The notes below the pieces were generated by a model. It was not told the DNA's origin and searched no databases. It saw only the letters and a list, made by a program, of their open reading frames with translations. Below are positions 47,857-62,645 of a stretch of DNA of 64,000 nucleotides, one piece after another. The stretch comes from the human T2T-CHM13v2.0 reference genome, Homo sapiens. The translations under genes were made by a program, and so were the position numbers. Numbering within the stretch: the stretch's first letter is position 1; every line of letters begins with the position of its first letter. The stretch is taken from assembly GCF_009914755.1 (NCBI RefSeq), contig NC_060926.1, one strand, 5' to 3'.

Positions 47857-50189
47857 GTAAGTCCCCGTGCCGGCCGCTTCGGGCGGGCGGGAGCGGCGAG
47901 GGGCGGCCGCGGCGGCCCGCGCGTCCTCACCTGGGCCGGGTGCTCCGGGCGGCCGGCCGCCGTGGGGGTGGGGTGGGTCGGGGGCGCCTGCCTCGCCAGC
48001 CCTTTTCTGCCTCCCCGGGTGGGATGCGTGGCCGCCTGCCTGTCTGTTTCCCCCTCTCCTGTTCGCCTCCCTCGCGGCGGCCCGCCCCAGCCCAGGGACT
48101 GGTGATCTAGGTAGCCAGGGGCAGAGCGCAGCCGTGGGGAGGAAAAGAAGCGATTTGAAGACTGCGTCACTAATGCCTGGGGATCCACCCGTCGGCCCCC
48201 TGCTCCTCTCACTTCCTTTCCCTCCGACTGCGCCCCCTCCCTCCTCCGGCTGGCACCACCGACCCCCTGGAGTTGGTGCTGCTGCGAAGTGCCCTTAGAG
48301 GATGCTCCAGCCTCCCCGCCTGCGCCCGGTCTCGGCTGCATCCTTTCTGTCTCTCCCACCCACTTCCACCGAGATGGAAAAGTGAACATCCAGGGCGGGA
48401 AACGAGTGTTTCTCCGTGCCGGTATTCCAGAGGCCTTAGCCCAGGGAGACTCCTTTCCTCGGGGTTCACAGTTCCTCTGGGCCCTTTCTTCACACCTCGT
48501 CACAGTTGCACTCCTCCTCCCCACCCCACCCGGGCGCCCCAGGTATCCCTTTGTGCCACGCTCACAGCTCGCAGCCCGGGGGGCACTCCAGGTTCCGTTT
48601 CTCGGGGATCTCACACTGGGGAGCTGCTGTAGGTAAATCGCCGCTGGAAGCAGTTTAATTCCAGTTGCGGGTGTCTTAAAAATCCCATTGGCTGCTTTAG
48701 TATCTGTCTTATTCCCCCTTCTTTCTCTGCTCCCCCCAACCCGCCACTATCTCTTAAATGTTTCCAACCAGCACTATTCAGGTGGTAAAATTACTGCCTG
48801 CATATTCCTGGAGGAACTTGTGTTATGTTTAATATTTACGGGGATGAACATCTGCTGGAACAAGCATATTAACTGCACTCTGTTCTGCCTCTGGTAATCG
48901 CTTATTGTAGAGCTGAGCTTGTTTTTTTTTTCCTTTTGCTTTAATTCAGTAAAGAGTTCACATGTGTCTAAAACTGCATGTGGTGTGCACATGAATATGC
49001 AATGTACAATTTTAAAGCTAAACTGCTTTATGATTTATAACTCATATAGATGATATGTGGATCTGTGTGTATTTTCTGTGATTTAGGTTTCCAGTGACTT
49101 TTATTTTCCTAAAGACAGGTGTAACAAAATAAACTGGACACAAAGCTAGCACATTATCGAACGGTTTCTTATAAAAGATCCTATGATGAGTAAGTACAGC
49201 TTGCTCTGCATAATGTTGGTGCCTGTAAAACACACAAGGACGGGCCCTAATGTAATAAAACTTTTACGTATTGCACTGGAAACTTCAAAGAGCCAGGGCA
49301 GAAAGAATATGAAACATGTTATGACTGTGTAAAAGTTGCTAATTACTGTGTTGCTGCTCCTGGGGTTATTTCAGCCTTTCATTTACAGATACCTATTATT
49401 TTATAGGTTTACATTTAGAGATGTTGGTTTCTGGCGCAAATTCAATAGCTTTCCAGATAGCAACTGTACTTTTAAAATGCTGTTTGCTTTTAAAAGGCAG
49501 TTTTTCAGTCAAAAGGAAGAACTTACTGTTTCGGTATATTTTTATGCTGCTTGTCTGCTTGCTGACTCAAAGCGAACCCCCTTATGACTTTCATAAATAA
49601 TATTTTGAGATTATCAGCGTAATTTGTGGGGTCTTCCTGCACAGAACCTGAGCTCTGTTTCCTTTTGCATCCTTAGTTCCCAGCTGAATTACCCTGGAGC
49701 AGTGTCACAGAATAAATATCTGTTGAATTGACTTGAAATTTACATTAGCAGTACATTTATTACTTTTAAAAAAACAAAAACTTACACGTTTTTTAAAAAG
49801 TTGATGTACGTGCAATCACATTTTAATGAGTGCATCGAGTTTTGGCTTATGAAGGCATGTAGACTTTCTTGATCACAATATACTAGGACAGTTTGGCTTG
49901 ACCGGGAGGGTTTCTAGTTTTGCAGATGTAGAATTACATTTTACAAAAGCTTATATGTTTCTGATAAGTTAAAGAAAAACCAAGCTTGAGTATGCATTTC
50001 TAATATGTTTAGACATTTTCTCACAGATGAATTTTTGGATGCTATGTTCTCAGTTTTATGGTTTACGTAAATTTTTAAGTTTATGGTTACTTTTAAGCTT
50101 ATAGATGGTTCAAAATAACTAATATTTGAGAACTTTCTGTGTGTCCAGTATTTTCATATCCATTGTTTTCTTATTTGAGTCTCTTAATC

Positions 50190-50530
50190 CTGGAAAGGGT
50201 AAGTAAGTGGTAGTAGTTCCATTTTATAGATGAGGAAATAGAAGCTTTGAACTGTTAAATGACTTTACTGAGGTCATAAAACAGATGACAGCAGACTTTT
50301 TAAAACTAACATTTGCTGAACACGTATTATTTATCAGACACTGTTCTGAGTACATTACATGTTTTAGCTCATTTAATTATAAAGCAAGTACTGTTATTAG
50401 TTCCATTTTACAGATAGGAAAATTGAAGATGGGAAGATAGGGTAACCTGCCCAGAGTCACACATCTAAAAATGGGGCAGCCATATTTCAACCAGAAATTA
50501 GCTTCAAAGCCCAGTGATCTGACTTCAAAT
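50190..50530 (-). mobile_element. Two MIR fragments
   Basis: ccattttatagatgaggaaatagaag and ccattttacagataggaaaattgaag..aacctgcccagagtcacac. Confidence 0.7.
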
Positions 50531-51529
50531 CCAGTCAGACAATTGCCATTTTCTAGAGTACTTCACATATCTCTCAGCTTATAAGGACAGCTCCGAAATT
50601 AATTACAAAACAAAACCTCGATGGACTGGAAGTTAAGGTCCTACTAAAATAACAAAGAGAGAGAGCCCTAAATGGTATTAAAATTAAAAATTTGAAAATA
50701 AACTACCATAGTTAGGAAAGTATACCTGTTAATTATGAATTATTGTATTAGAGCAATATACATTTTAAAGACCATTGAAAGCTTCTTCCTTTGATTGATC
50801 ATAGAAAAACTTTTTTGAAGGAGGAAGGAGGAGGTACAGATTAATGGCAAAAGAGAATCTTATTTTAATCCCTAAGAACTTTTTCTAATTGATGGACATC
50901 ATTTTCCAATTGAACAAATTGGAATTTATTAGTGGTGACTGTGGCTTTGAATCTGAGCTAGTTTATTCTTGCAGTCACAGAGAGTGTCCTCAAATGACTG
51001 TATAGAAAATATAAAGGGAAAAGCTCAGTTCTGTTGAATATAATCAATATACACAATCAATTGATAATTCACAACTACCTCCTTTGCCTTCTTGCACGCT
51101 CTTCCTGCCACTCAGAAACATCCATACTTACTCTTCAGGATGGGTTTTTTGAGCCTGAATTATCCAGATGGCTGTTTCAACTTTTTCAGCCATACCTTAA
51201 AGTTGAAAAGGATGGCCCTAATTTCCACCTCTAATTCCACTTCCAGTTTCTGGTTTGAAGCAAGACTGGAGAACTTAGAAAAAGGTGAAGGTGTTCATTC
51301 AGCACCCGACACTGTAGCTTTGTTCTGTAGAGTCTTGAAGAGTTGGGCATTCCGTGAGTTTACAGGGGCAGCAGATATGCAGAGGCGCAAGGCTGCCCCC
51401 TCCACTCCCTGGTCTTCCTTCTGTGGTCCACCAGCTTTTGATTAGGTGCTAGACATATAAGCCATTCCTCAGGGCCTTTAAAATAATGACCATCCCTTTT
51501 AACAGGCTAACTGTTGCTTTCATTTAATT

Positions 51530-51880
51530 CGTTTAACAAATATTTATTGATCATCTCTTAAGTAGAAGACCTTGTGCTGGTTTCTGTGGGAGATGCAAGG
51601 ATGAGTAAGGCGTAGGTTGTACATATTAGTGTTATTGTCAAATGAGGAAATTAAGACAAGAACACACATGAAAAAGGAAGTTTTCAACACTGGTGATTCA
51701 GAAAAGAGACCATATTTGGGACTTGGGTGGAGGATGGAAAGAGGAAAAATTGAATTAAAAAACAAAGGCTTCCATGAAATAGGTGGCCTTTGAACTAAGT
51801 CTTGGAAGACAGATGGTGTGGGTGGGGGTATTGAGAGTACAGGGAGACATCTTGGGCAAAGAAAACTTGAACAAGGGCTT
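51530..51880 (-). mobile_element. L2 fragment
   Basis: catttaattcgtttaacaaatatttattga..ggcttccatgaaataggtggcctttgaactaagtcttg. Confidence 0.6.
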
Positions 51881-52296
51881 TCATGGTGTCTCTAAAAGAT
51901 CATTTTATGCATCATGGTGGAATTACCTATACTGTCTCTTTTAAAGATGCAGAACTTTGTAGTCATGAGGTAGTTTCAGTGAATGAGAAAAGTTTTCCAA
52001 AATGAACTTGTATTTCATCTTCCTTAAATGTTAACACATTTTAATCATTGGAGAGAAAGTCTATCAACATACAATAGTATAATAAATATTCTGATCTTCC
52101 CTACCACTCACCCCATTCCTCCACAGCTTCATATAAGCCAGAATCCACACACTTTTGTTCAGATAGGCATTATTCTTTATATTCCTTTAAGTTGGAGCCT
52201 TTGAAGTTATAATACATGGATCATTTCATACTCATCAACCTGTTCAATTCAATAAGCATTCACAGAATATTAGACAGAGGAGAGGTACCATCAGGG

Positions 52297-52525
52297 CAGT
52301 GACTTTCAAATGCTTCAGACCATGACCCCCAGTAACAAATACACGTTTAACACTGCCACCCACCACCCCTTGAACATGCATACACGTAAGTGAAACAAGA
52401 GCATCATGAAATAACGCTTATTACTATGTGTGATACACTTGGATATTTCCTGTCCTCTTTCTTTCTCTTTCTTTTTTTTAAAATTTCCCATTCATAGGCT
52501 GAAACCTGCAGTTTAGGAAACCCTG
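52297..52525. mobile_element. hAT-Charlie-type MITE (subfamily uncertain)
   Basis: cagtgactttcaaa ... gtttaggaaaccctg imperfect terminal inverted repeats. Confidence 0.55.
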
Positions 52526-54639
52526 CTGTACAGGATGCAAAGGACAGTGTGTTTTTTGGGAACTTAATAGGAGAATAAGCCATACCCATAAATACCTGCA
52601 ATCCAAGGCTGACACTGCCCGCTTGAGGGGGCATGGGCACATCCTGTTGAAAGTAAGATATTCATGGTGGGGTGGCATTTGAAATGGGTCCTGGAGTAGA
52701 ATTTCAGGAGGAAATGGAAAGGAGGAAAACCACGTGGTGGGAAGACTGTGAATAGAAACATGGAGGGAATAAAGTGTGGATCTTGTTTGGTGAAGGTAGG
52801 CTAACACAGGCAGGGAGGGATGCAGAGGCACTAGCAGTTTAGTCTCCCTAAGGATGCTGCCCAGTAGTGCCCGCTGATGCTTTTGCTTGTCTTCAAATCA
52901 ACTGCCAGGGGACATGCGCAGGCCAGTGGGCGGCTTCCTCCAGGCCTTTTTAGACTTTACTTCATGGTGCCAGAAAATGCTACAGATCCCTGATCTTGAC
53001 CTTCAGGTGCCTCTACCCTTTCCTCCAGCTGCAGTAAAGCAAACATTTTAAGGCCTATTCCTATCCTTTTGGTCAGTCCTTATGGGTCAAAACAGAGTAC
53101 AAAGAAAGGGCAGAAGGAGAGTGCACCTGTCTGAGCCCCAGGTGTCCTGGAGCTGATTGGTAGACAGCAGCTCTGCAGAGCTGCGTGTACTCACACTGGC
53201 CGAAGGTCACCGTGTAGTTGACTGCGTGGCTCTCATTGGCCCTCAGCATGGGCCTGGAGGGGCCTCGGCAGGTACGAGGAGGCAAAGCCTTCTCAGAAGA
53301 GTGGCTTCCAGGGCTAGGGCTGTGGGCAGCAGTGGGGAAGGGGCTGCTCATCAGCCTGGAGGAGGCAGGGGGCCTCGATGGGAAGCAGTGGAGTGTTGCA
53401 TCCGCTGTGGAGGAGCTCAGCCCTTGTGTGGGGCGTGTTTTGGAGAAAGCTGGGTGGAGAGACTGGTTAGTTCAGGGCGCCGAGAACTTGGGGACTCCAG
53501 CTGGGCTGGGGCCCCAGAGGATACCAGGGAGGAGGAACCCAGGGAGTGTGCACCTTAATGTGTGGATAGGTTTTTAACCAAATGTATCTTGATGACGTTG
53601 AAGATGAGTATTGTGTGTGGGGAAATGATTCCTTCCTGTGTTCCAGATTCTCTTTTGTGAAAATGTAGGAGGGTTTTAAAATGCTAAGAATCTATTTTGG
53701 GAGAATGTCCTTGTTAACCACAATGGGTCTAATCAATGACACTTGAGCAACTTGAACAAAGACCTTTGGCTTAATACAGATTAATAGGCAAATTAAGAAA
53801 AAAAACCTCTCAATATGGAATGCAAGATTTTGTGTGTAAGTGGAATTTTTAACCTGGAATAGATTTGCCTGTTTGATTTTTTTTTATTTTAATTTTTGGG
53901 AATAAAGCCTTGGTGGCAAAATCGAGGCCCCGTAAAAGACGATTTTAATATCATTTAATGGTAACATAATTTTTTTGTTGTTGTTTTATTTCAAAGTGAA
54001 ATCCATAAAACTTATTTTCAATGTTGGCTGTTCCCTTTTGTCTTGGAATTTAATTGAGGTTTCTGAATTCAGCTGGCCCCAACCTTGCTTTCTGTTTGGC
54101 CCTGGGCAGCTCATGATTTTTCTCATTTCCTATTCTCAGTCTTGGTTTAATCACTTATAAAATGACAGCACTTAGACTGGCCTACCTCATAAGGTTGTGA
54201 CGTTAAGTAATAAAAGTGTCAATTGCTCTGAATGCCAAATGTAGCTCTTCTATACCCTTTGCTTTCTTAAAAATGTCTCTTTTTCATAAACAAGGAAGAA
54301 TACAGAAAGGCCGCATAAGGTCAGATTCAGCAGTCCATGCGGTGCAGCGTTCTGTCCCTGGCAACAGGACCCTGGGACGGTTTTGAGTAGAGAGGTTGGT
54401 AGCTTTTCTTAGTCGTGCATCATAGTCCAGCAGACAAATATGCTCTTACTTACGGTGGTACTACTCACATATGTAGATCTATTAACCATTACATAATCTT
54501 TTATGTTTCACTGAGAATGTATTGCATTACCAACCATTACATCGAATGACTTCATTTGGCACTGTGGGTCTCATTAAATTATGTCAGGCTAATCATAATT
54601 TAGTTTCACTGGAAACAAAATACACAGTGTTTATATCAG

Positions 54640-54945
54640 AGTAAGAGGACACCACCCAATCCAAGGAACTAAATGGGTTCAATCTAAGGAAACTACCACC
54701 CGGGATATGACAGGGGCCTTAAGTGTTTGAAGGCATTTAGCTGGGAAGTGGGAATAGAGTTGTTCTGGGTTGCTCAAGGGCACGAGTAAGATCAGTGGGT
54801 GTGAGAGCATTTAACAGTGATGTGATGTGGGCTGTCTCAAAGGGTAACAATTACCTGACTTTGTAGAAAGACATTCCTGGGTAGGCAGAGCGGCAGCAAT
54901 AGGCTATCTCCGAGATTCCTTCCAGCTTCAAAATTCTATGATCAT
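54640..54945 (+). mobile_element. L3/CR1 3' fragment
   Basis: Ends ttccttccagcttcaaaattctatgat, the typical L3/MIR3 tail. Confidence 0.55.
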
Positions 54946-55556
54946 TCCCCTCACAGGGTAGCAGGAATCAAAGAGTGCAGAAGTCATTAATTGTATTCAC
55001 TTGTGTATTTTTCCTCTGCAATTTCCCCACTCACCTGTGGAGAAAGGCATAGAGGGTACTTAAACTTCTTCACATAATTTCTTCCCAGGAGGCTCATTGT
55101 TAGCGGAGGTAAACAAAAATGACTGTAATTTGGAGACCACTTTAACATAGCAACTCCATTTAGAGAGTTATGTGCTTAACTTGATACTGGAAATAATTTT
55201 ATTTTTCCTTTTATATGGGCAGGAAATTAGTTTCGAAAATCCCCTAGAGGACCATGATGTGAGTCTGTTGGTCTTAAATTTTTCTTCTCATATCTGTACT
55301 GTTTACCTGCGTTATGAAGTGACAGAACAGAATTTCAGCCAGTGTTCATTGACATGTTAATTAGTTACCTGGCAATTTAGATAGGAAGAGGCTTTACTGT
55401 AGTGGATCACCACCAGTTCTGGGAAATAATCTGTTTTTGTTTTAAAATTTCAAAATATATTTGTTTTCACGTAGAATGCTTGTAGAAGAAGAAAAGACCC
55501 AGGGTGTAGAAAATAGTTTTGAGAGCATAGGTCAGTATGCTTAGCTCTCACTCGGG

Positions 55557-55700
55557 GAATGCTTCTCAAACTTCCATGTGCATCCAAATAATCTAGAGGC
55601 CTTGTTAAAATACACATTCTAATCTAATAGAACCAGGAGTCCACATTTCTAACTGGCTCCCAAGTATTAGTTTTGGTCCACAGACCAAACTTTGACTTGT
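55557..55700. mobile_element. MER5-family MITE
   Basis: tgcttctcaaacttccatgtgcatc..cttgttaaaat..catttctaactggctccca. Confidence 0.65.
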
Positions 55701-57634
55701 AAGGACTAAATGGACAAAAATTTCCTTTGAAAAGAAGCCCTTTCAAAATTTGCATTTCCTTCTCCCTGTTTTGGGGACACCTTTGTGTAATAACAGTCCA
55801 GTTCCATAAAGCTTGACGGTTGCGTTTAGATGCAGTATTTATTTTATTTTTGTGAGTCTTTCTAATACAATTCTGATGAGTGAGGGGGTGGTTAATTGTA
55901 TTCTGGTGGAGATATGGTGGGAAGTAAACATAAAAACCTAAGTAAACACAATTTGTAATAAATAGGCTAATCACTTTTTATAGCCTCTCAGTTCTCATCA
56001 TTCCTTCAAAGCCCGGGACCTTCTGTTGTATCGGGCTCGAATGCTGAGAGTAACTGGATAGTCTTACAGACACTTTTGGATTTGTGGAGAATCTCTCAGT
56101 AACCCCTGTGGATGCCCAGGATTCAGACCAAATGTCCCCATTCTCTCCTAGCCATTCTGTCTTTGGGAGGGCTGGGGTTGGGGGGATAGGAGTGTTGGGG
56201 GTGGGGTCAGCTATTTGCAGAATTATTGCACTACCCCGTGGCCATAGCTGCAAATTGCAACTTTCCTAGTGTCCTACGAGAAATCACAACTGAAGACTCT
56301 ACGTGGAACCCATAGTAGGTTTCAGATACTTCAGTTGGGGACCTTGCATCCCCGCTCGGCCAACCTTCTTCTCTCCGCGCCATTACCGGAGTACCCTGAG
56401 TCCATTAGGTGGCCAAACCTAGCTGCGGTTTCCATGTGTAATTTCCAGTTCTATTTCATTAGAATGTTTGCATATAGGATGGATAATGCAAGGAAATATT
56501 GCACAATTGACTTTGCATGTTCTGTGATACTGACAGGAAGTTTATTGACTTTATCTTTCTAAGGAGGGTGTGTGCGTGCACATAAGCACATGAGTGCACA
56601 TACACACATTTTCATTCTCTGAAGTAGGCGTTGAAGACTGCTACTGACAAGAGAAACCCAGACTGGATTTAAACAATGGGGGGTATTCCAGATTTGGAAA
56701 AGAAAGGTGAATTTTCACGAATAGTAGGGCAAATTTAAATCTTGCAGTCTTGAGACACGTGAACTGGTGGATGAAGTTCTTGCAACAGTGTTTAGCATTA
56801 TTTGGGGCCATAGTTGGTATCTATACTCCTGGTAGCCGTGATACTGCCTTAATACGTCATAGTCCATTATATGATCTGACTAATTGTGTTTAACCATTTC
56901 TTGTAATATGCAACATTACTTTCCACTGTTCTAACTCTTCCTTCAGATTGTGGGGGAGGAGAGAGGAAAACAGTTGCCCTCAAGCCTGAAGGTAGGTCAG
57001 GCCCATAGTAAGATAAGCAAGTATTTGATTATTGCTTCAGTACTAGTGTCATCAAATTAATACAGTTTCTTTTACATTTAAGAAAATACAGTTTACTATC
57101 AATAAATAGTACAAATAACAGGTGATTCAGACAACCCGCCCCCCACCACACACCAAAAAAAAGACTGTCAGACTCAGAGGTTTACTCTGTTGGGTCCCAA
57201 GAAGCGACATTCAGGAGTTCCTTAAGAATAGAAAAAGCTACTGATGATGGTCAGGTAGGTTCTGACCTTTAGATGCATTGTCTGGGCTTTTGCCCTGGGA
57301 CCCTGCCTTGGTTGAGAAGATAGGTTGCCCACATGGCCCACTTGCTTCTTGTCCCACCAATCATATTCCATGGCAGGGAGGCTTCTGGTGTCCTTTCTCA
57401 GAACTGCTGAGGTAGAAACTACAGTTGGAGGCCGAGGACTTTATCTCAGGCTGTGAAGTAGGTATCTTCACTGGCCATAGACTCTGTAGTTTACTAAAAT
57501 AGAAGCTCAGAGCATCCTGGGAAGAAGCAGGTAGACTTTCCTTGCCAGGCCTTCTCAGTGTGCCGAAGATTCAAATGTTTACTTCCTTCCACTTTCTGAA
57601 ACATCCTGCCAGGCCCCTCTTCTGTTAAGGAGTG

Positions 57635-58154
57635 CAGGGGTCCCCAGCCCCCGGGCTGTGGATCAATATTGGTCCGGGGCCTGTTAGGACCTGGGCTGCA
57701 GAGTGGGAGGTGAGTGGAGGGCGAGCAAGAGAAGCTTCATCTGTATTTACAGCTGCTCCCCATTGCTAACATTACTGCCTGATCTCCGCCTCCCGTCAGA
57801 TTAGCACCGGCATTATATTCTCACAGAAGCATGAACCCTATTGTGAACCGAGCATGTGTGGGATCTAGGTTTCTCCTTATGAGAATCTAATGCCTGATGA
57901 TCTGTAACTGTCTCCCATCACCCCCAGATGGGACTCTCTAGTTGCAGGAAAACAAACTCAGGGCTCCCACTGATTCTACATTATGGTGAGTTGTATAATT
58001 ATTTTATTATAGATTACAATGTAATAATAGAAATAAAGTCTACAATAAATGTAATGCACTTGAACCATCCTGAAACCATCTCTCCACCCCTGGTCCATGG
58101 AAAAAAAGTCGTCTACAAAACTGGTCCCTGGTGCCAAAGAGGTTGAGGACCACT
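57635..58154. mobile_element. MER1A hAT-Charlie transposon
   Basis: caggggtccccagccccc ... ggtccctggtgccaaagaggttgaggaccact, ~520 bp. Confidence 0.88.
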
Positions 58155-58860
58155 TCTGTTGTGGGAGTAGAAATGAAGATTCACCTTAAAGGAGGATACA
58201 GCTCTAGCAACCCTTTGAGCAAAATATATGAGCTGTCTGTCATCTCGAGGAAATAGATGGCAACATCAGAAATGGGAAGACCACACTACTCCAACTCACA
58301 TCTATGTCTATGTGCAGTAGGCCCTCTGTTTTGATGGATAATCAGATGGTCTCACGTTTTTACCATGGTGTGCCACCTGTGGCCCTAGCTGTGTGACTGT
58401 CTAGGATGAAGTCTGGACTCAGGTTACAGTGATGTGGATAAAGTCCGTTCTGCCTGAGCACCAGTGATCATCACGTGCGGCGGCATACTGTAGAGCCCAG
58501 GACAGAGTTTGACTTGGAGCCTGCTAAATTTTTCGCAGAAGCATGTCTACGTGCAGGAGAGGACAGCTCAGCGGGTAACACCAGGACTCTCTTATTTGTG
58601 TTCCTTTCATTGAAGGTAGTTCCTTCCCCAGAACATGGCATAGCTGCTTTTGAGAACCAATCCTTGTAAGTGACTTCCTTTAATTTTTTTCAATAAGTAG
58701 AGTTTAATCTTTGAATATGAACGGAACACCTGAGAAAATTCTTTGGAGTCTGAAAGGAAGTAGGGTATGTTGGTTTCTAATAGTTAGGTAAATAATTAGT
58801 TACATAAATTGATTTCTTTTCCTTACTTTTATTCCTCAGCAGGACAAAAGTAATATTTTA

Positions 58861-59167
<307 letters not shown>

Positions 59168-59439
59168 TTAGAGCCCTAAAATATATAATAATGTAACGCA
59201 ATCCATCTACAGTATAGAGGGCTTGAAGCTGCTCTTTGTAACTTTCTTCCTCTGGATTTCTAGGTGTCTGGGTTGAGATGAGCATCCTTTTATTGAGCCA
59301 GACACAGAAGTGAAGAGACCACATTTCTAGCCCTTGATATGTTTATATTTTAGCCTGATAATAAGAACAGATTATTTCGTTAGTCTAAGTAGACTTTTTA
59401 CCTGCCCCAAATCCTGTGGAGTATGTACGGGGGTACCCT

Positions 59440-60330
59440 ACTCAGCATGGTATTTTAGGGATGATTTCCTAGAGAAAGTGACATCTGATTGCAGTCTTAA
59501 AGGAAGGATAAGAGTTAGCCAGGCTGGGAGCGGGGTAGGGATATGGCAGGTACGATAATGTAAGGAAAGGCAAAGAGGTGAAAATTAGCAAGTTGTGAAC
59601 AGTAGCAGTGACCAGTGCAGGTCAGTTTCAGGTCCCTGGCATTCATGTTGGGAATGGCAGGATGGGAGGTTGGGCAGTGGAGCTGGGAGCAGCTCTCAGA
59701 GGGCCTTGCATGGCTTTCTAAGGAGCTCAAACATTTTCCAGTAGGTGATGGCCTGCATGAGGGCTTTAAGCAGGGCAGCAAAATGGTCACGTTTGCATTT
59801 TTTTATTATTTCTAGAAGGCACTATAGATGGATGAGTCTGGTGGCTGTGAGAGGCCATGTCTGAAGGTCAGGAGGTCAGTGAGGAGTGAGGGCTGACTAG
59901 CCTGGGCTGGTGAGGATGGAGAGGAGGAGAGGGAGTAGAGAGCTGTTGGGGGCATGACACAGACAGTATTCACTCATTTTCTGGGTAGAAGGGGATGAGG
60001 GTGCTTTGAGGCTATCTAGCTTGTGTGATGAGATAGGGAAAGTAGGAGGAAGAGCAAGCTGAGTGGGGAAAGAGGAACCCTTTGGATTTAAATGTATTGC
60101 ATGTAAATGCCCTTGGACCATGGAGATAAAATTGTCTCTAGGAAGTTTACTAAAGATCCTGACATTTAGGGAAAAGGTCAGGATGGAAATAAGTGGGCGT
60201 TATCAGCATACAGGTGCTGGTGAAAGCCTTGAGATTGGACAAGATTGTCTAGGACGGAGGAGGAGAGAATGAGAAGTAGGCTGCAGGCACCACGGTGTAG
60301 TGGGAGGGAAAGCAGCCGGTGAAGAGGGTT
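59440..60330 (-). mobile_element. L2 fragment
   Basis: ttcctagagaaagtgacatctga..gggctttaagcagggcag..ggtcacgtttgcattt. Confidence 0.6.
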
Positions 60331-61019
60331 GAAAAGGAAAGATCAGCCAGGGCGAGGCCATGAGCCAGTGGGGTCTGTGACCAGCTGCTTTTTGGAGTTG
60401 GCAGTGAGGGTGAAAGAATGGATGGGAGGTGGGAGGGCGGCTATGCGTGTTCCCACTCTTGAGGGGAAAGATGGGCAAACTGATGGAGGAAGGCCTCAGA
60501 GGAGATGTGGGCAGGCCAGGCCCAGAATCAGAGGAAGAACGCGAGGGTGGAATCTGTGTAGATACTTTGGGATAAACCTTGTGGGTAGGGGTGATATTTA
60601 ACAAAATACCTATGAGAAATGGAAGTTTCACAGAATGGAACTACAAAGAAGAGGGTAATATGAAACATCAGATTGTAAAGGGAAACTAGTAGGTTCTTCC
60701 TAGTTATTTTTGAATATATGACTTAAAAGTCCGCATAAGCCCCTTTGGCATACATCTATGTCATACTATCTGTAATTTAAAGTAATTTTGATTGAGAAGT
60801 AATTTGGTGAAGGTACATAGCCAGGAAAAATTAGTGAGCTTGTCTAATTGTGGGCTGTTTTAAATGGATTTTTAAAAACTATTTTCAAATAGAAAAGACA
60901 GGAGTCCCACGATGTTGTCCTAACATTTGATGGCAGATTTTCCTTGGAAAGGCATCTAGGCCAGCTGGCCTCAGGGTATTGTGTTTCTTACACATAAGAA
61001 GTGTCCTGAGCCTTTCACA

Positions 61020-61200
61020 GGTATGTATTATCTCTTTTAATCTTCATTACCTGTAGGGTGGATTCTACTATTCCCCATTTTATAGAGAAGGAAACAAAGG
61101 CACAAGGTAACTTGCCCAAGGTCCCATAGTTAGTAAGGCAGAGCTGGGAATTTAATGCAGGTAGCCTGGCTCCAGAGCCCCTACACATCACCACTATCCT
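61020..61200 (-). mobile_element. MIR
   Basis: ccccattttatagagaaggaaac..aacttgcccaaggtcccatagttagtaag..gcctggctccagagcc. Confidence 0.8.
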
Positions 61201-61263
61201 GTAATATGTATCTCTTAATGACAGAATCAGAGGGCATGAGTACTGAGGTCCCATGTGACCTTA

Positions 61264-61640
<377 letters not shown>

Positions 61641-62484
61641 AATATATATATGTATGTAAATGGTCTCCAGCAGGTACAGTGAGGTATATATGGAAAAACA
61701 TCTTGAGATTTATTCTGAACTTTCAAACTCAGAATGAATAGTATATTGTGTTCAAGCTATTACAGGTTTTAGACTAGTGGAATTCTAATTAAACAGGCTT
61801 CACTGTGCATGGATTGTCTGTAGTTCACTGTCATTAAGTCCTGCTCTTTTTGTTAGTATTTAAAATGTTAAAAATACACTGCCTATATATTTTCTTGCAA
61901 TTAGTTGTATACTCCATAAAACCTCTAATTTGACAAATTTTATGGATGAAGACTATGGTAACAACTGTTTGCCACATCTGGTCAAATCTACCATAACACC
62001 TAAATGTAACTTCATTAATAACAATAATGATGGTACAGCAATACAATTTATAAAACCACTTCGTGAAAGTCATCTGAAATTGTAAGGTGATTTTTTTTTT
62101 CATGTAGATCATTTTGCTGTTTCTTCTTAGAAATGGAACTACACATGGTGTACAAATGGTCTGTACAAAGTCAGACCATCTCTTCTAGTTGTATGACTCT
62201 AATTCTAGAAAGAAGCATTGCTTCAGTGACCTGGAAAGAGTAAACAGGCTTAATTTATATCACGAGATAGTTGGGTAAAGTAAAAATGATAGATTCTTAG
62301 CTTAAGGGATTGGGACATATTAAAACAGATGACAAAAATAACTTTAAATGTTTTTTTAAAAAATCTTAGAGAATAAGACGTTAAATAACGTTAGTTATTT
62401 TTGAATATTTTAAGTTAGGTTAAAAAAAATCCACTTGGCTGGCAAAATTCCAGAAAGGCACGAATTAATGTTGGGAAGGGCAAA

Positions 62485-62645
62485 GGGTTCAGAGCCATCC
62501 AGCAATGGGTTCAGATTCTGACATGCCATTTACTAGCTGTGCCATCTTTAGTAACTCAGCATCTCTGAGCTTCAGGTTCCTTATATATAAATGAGATAAT
62601 ACTGTCACTGATTTGTTATGGGGATTAAATTAGATAATGTTCTTT
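62485..62645 (+). mobile_element. MIR
   Basis: gggttcagattctgacatgccatttactagctgtg..ctctgagcttcaggttcctta. Confidence 0.7.

Larger units (their letters stand above)
47445..48640. promoter_or_regulatory. CpG island / AFF3-type promoter with GC boxes
   Basis: Very high GC and CpG density starting abruptly at 47445; GGGGCGGGG boxes at 47471 and 47493. Confidence 0.9.

Noticed and set aside
47439-48614. 391-aa minus-strand ORF and other long ORFs over the CpG island
   Set aside because: Low-complexity Pro/Arg/Ala/Gly translations are expected from stop-poor GC-rich DNA; no recognisable domain.
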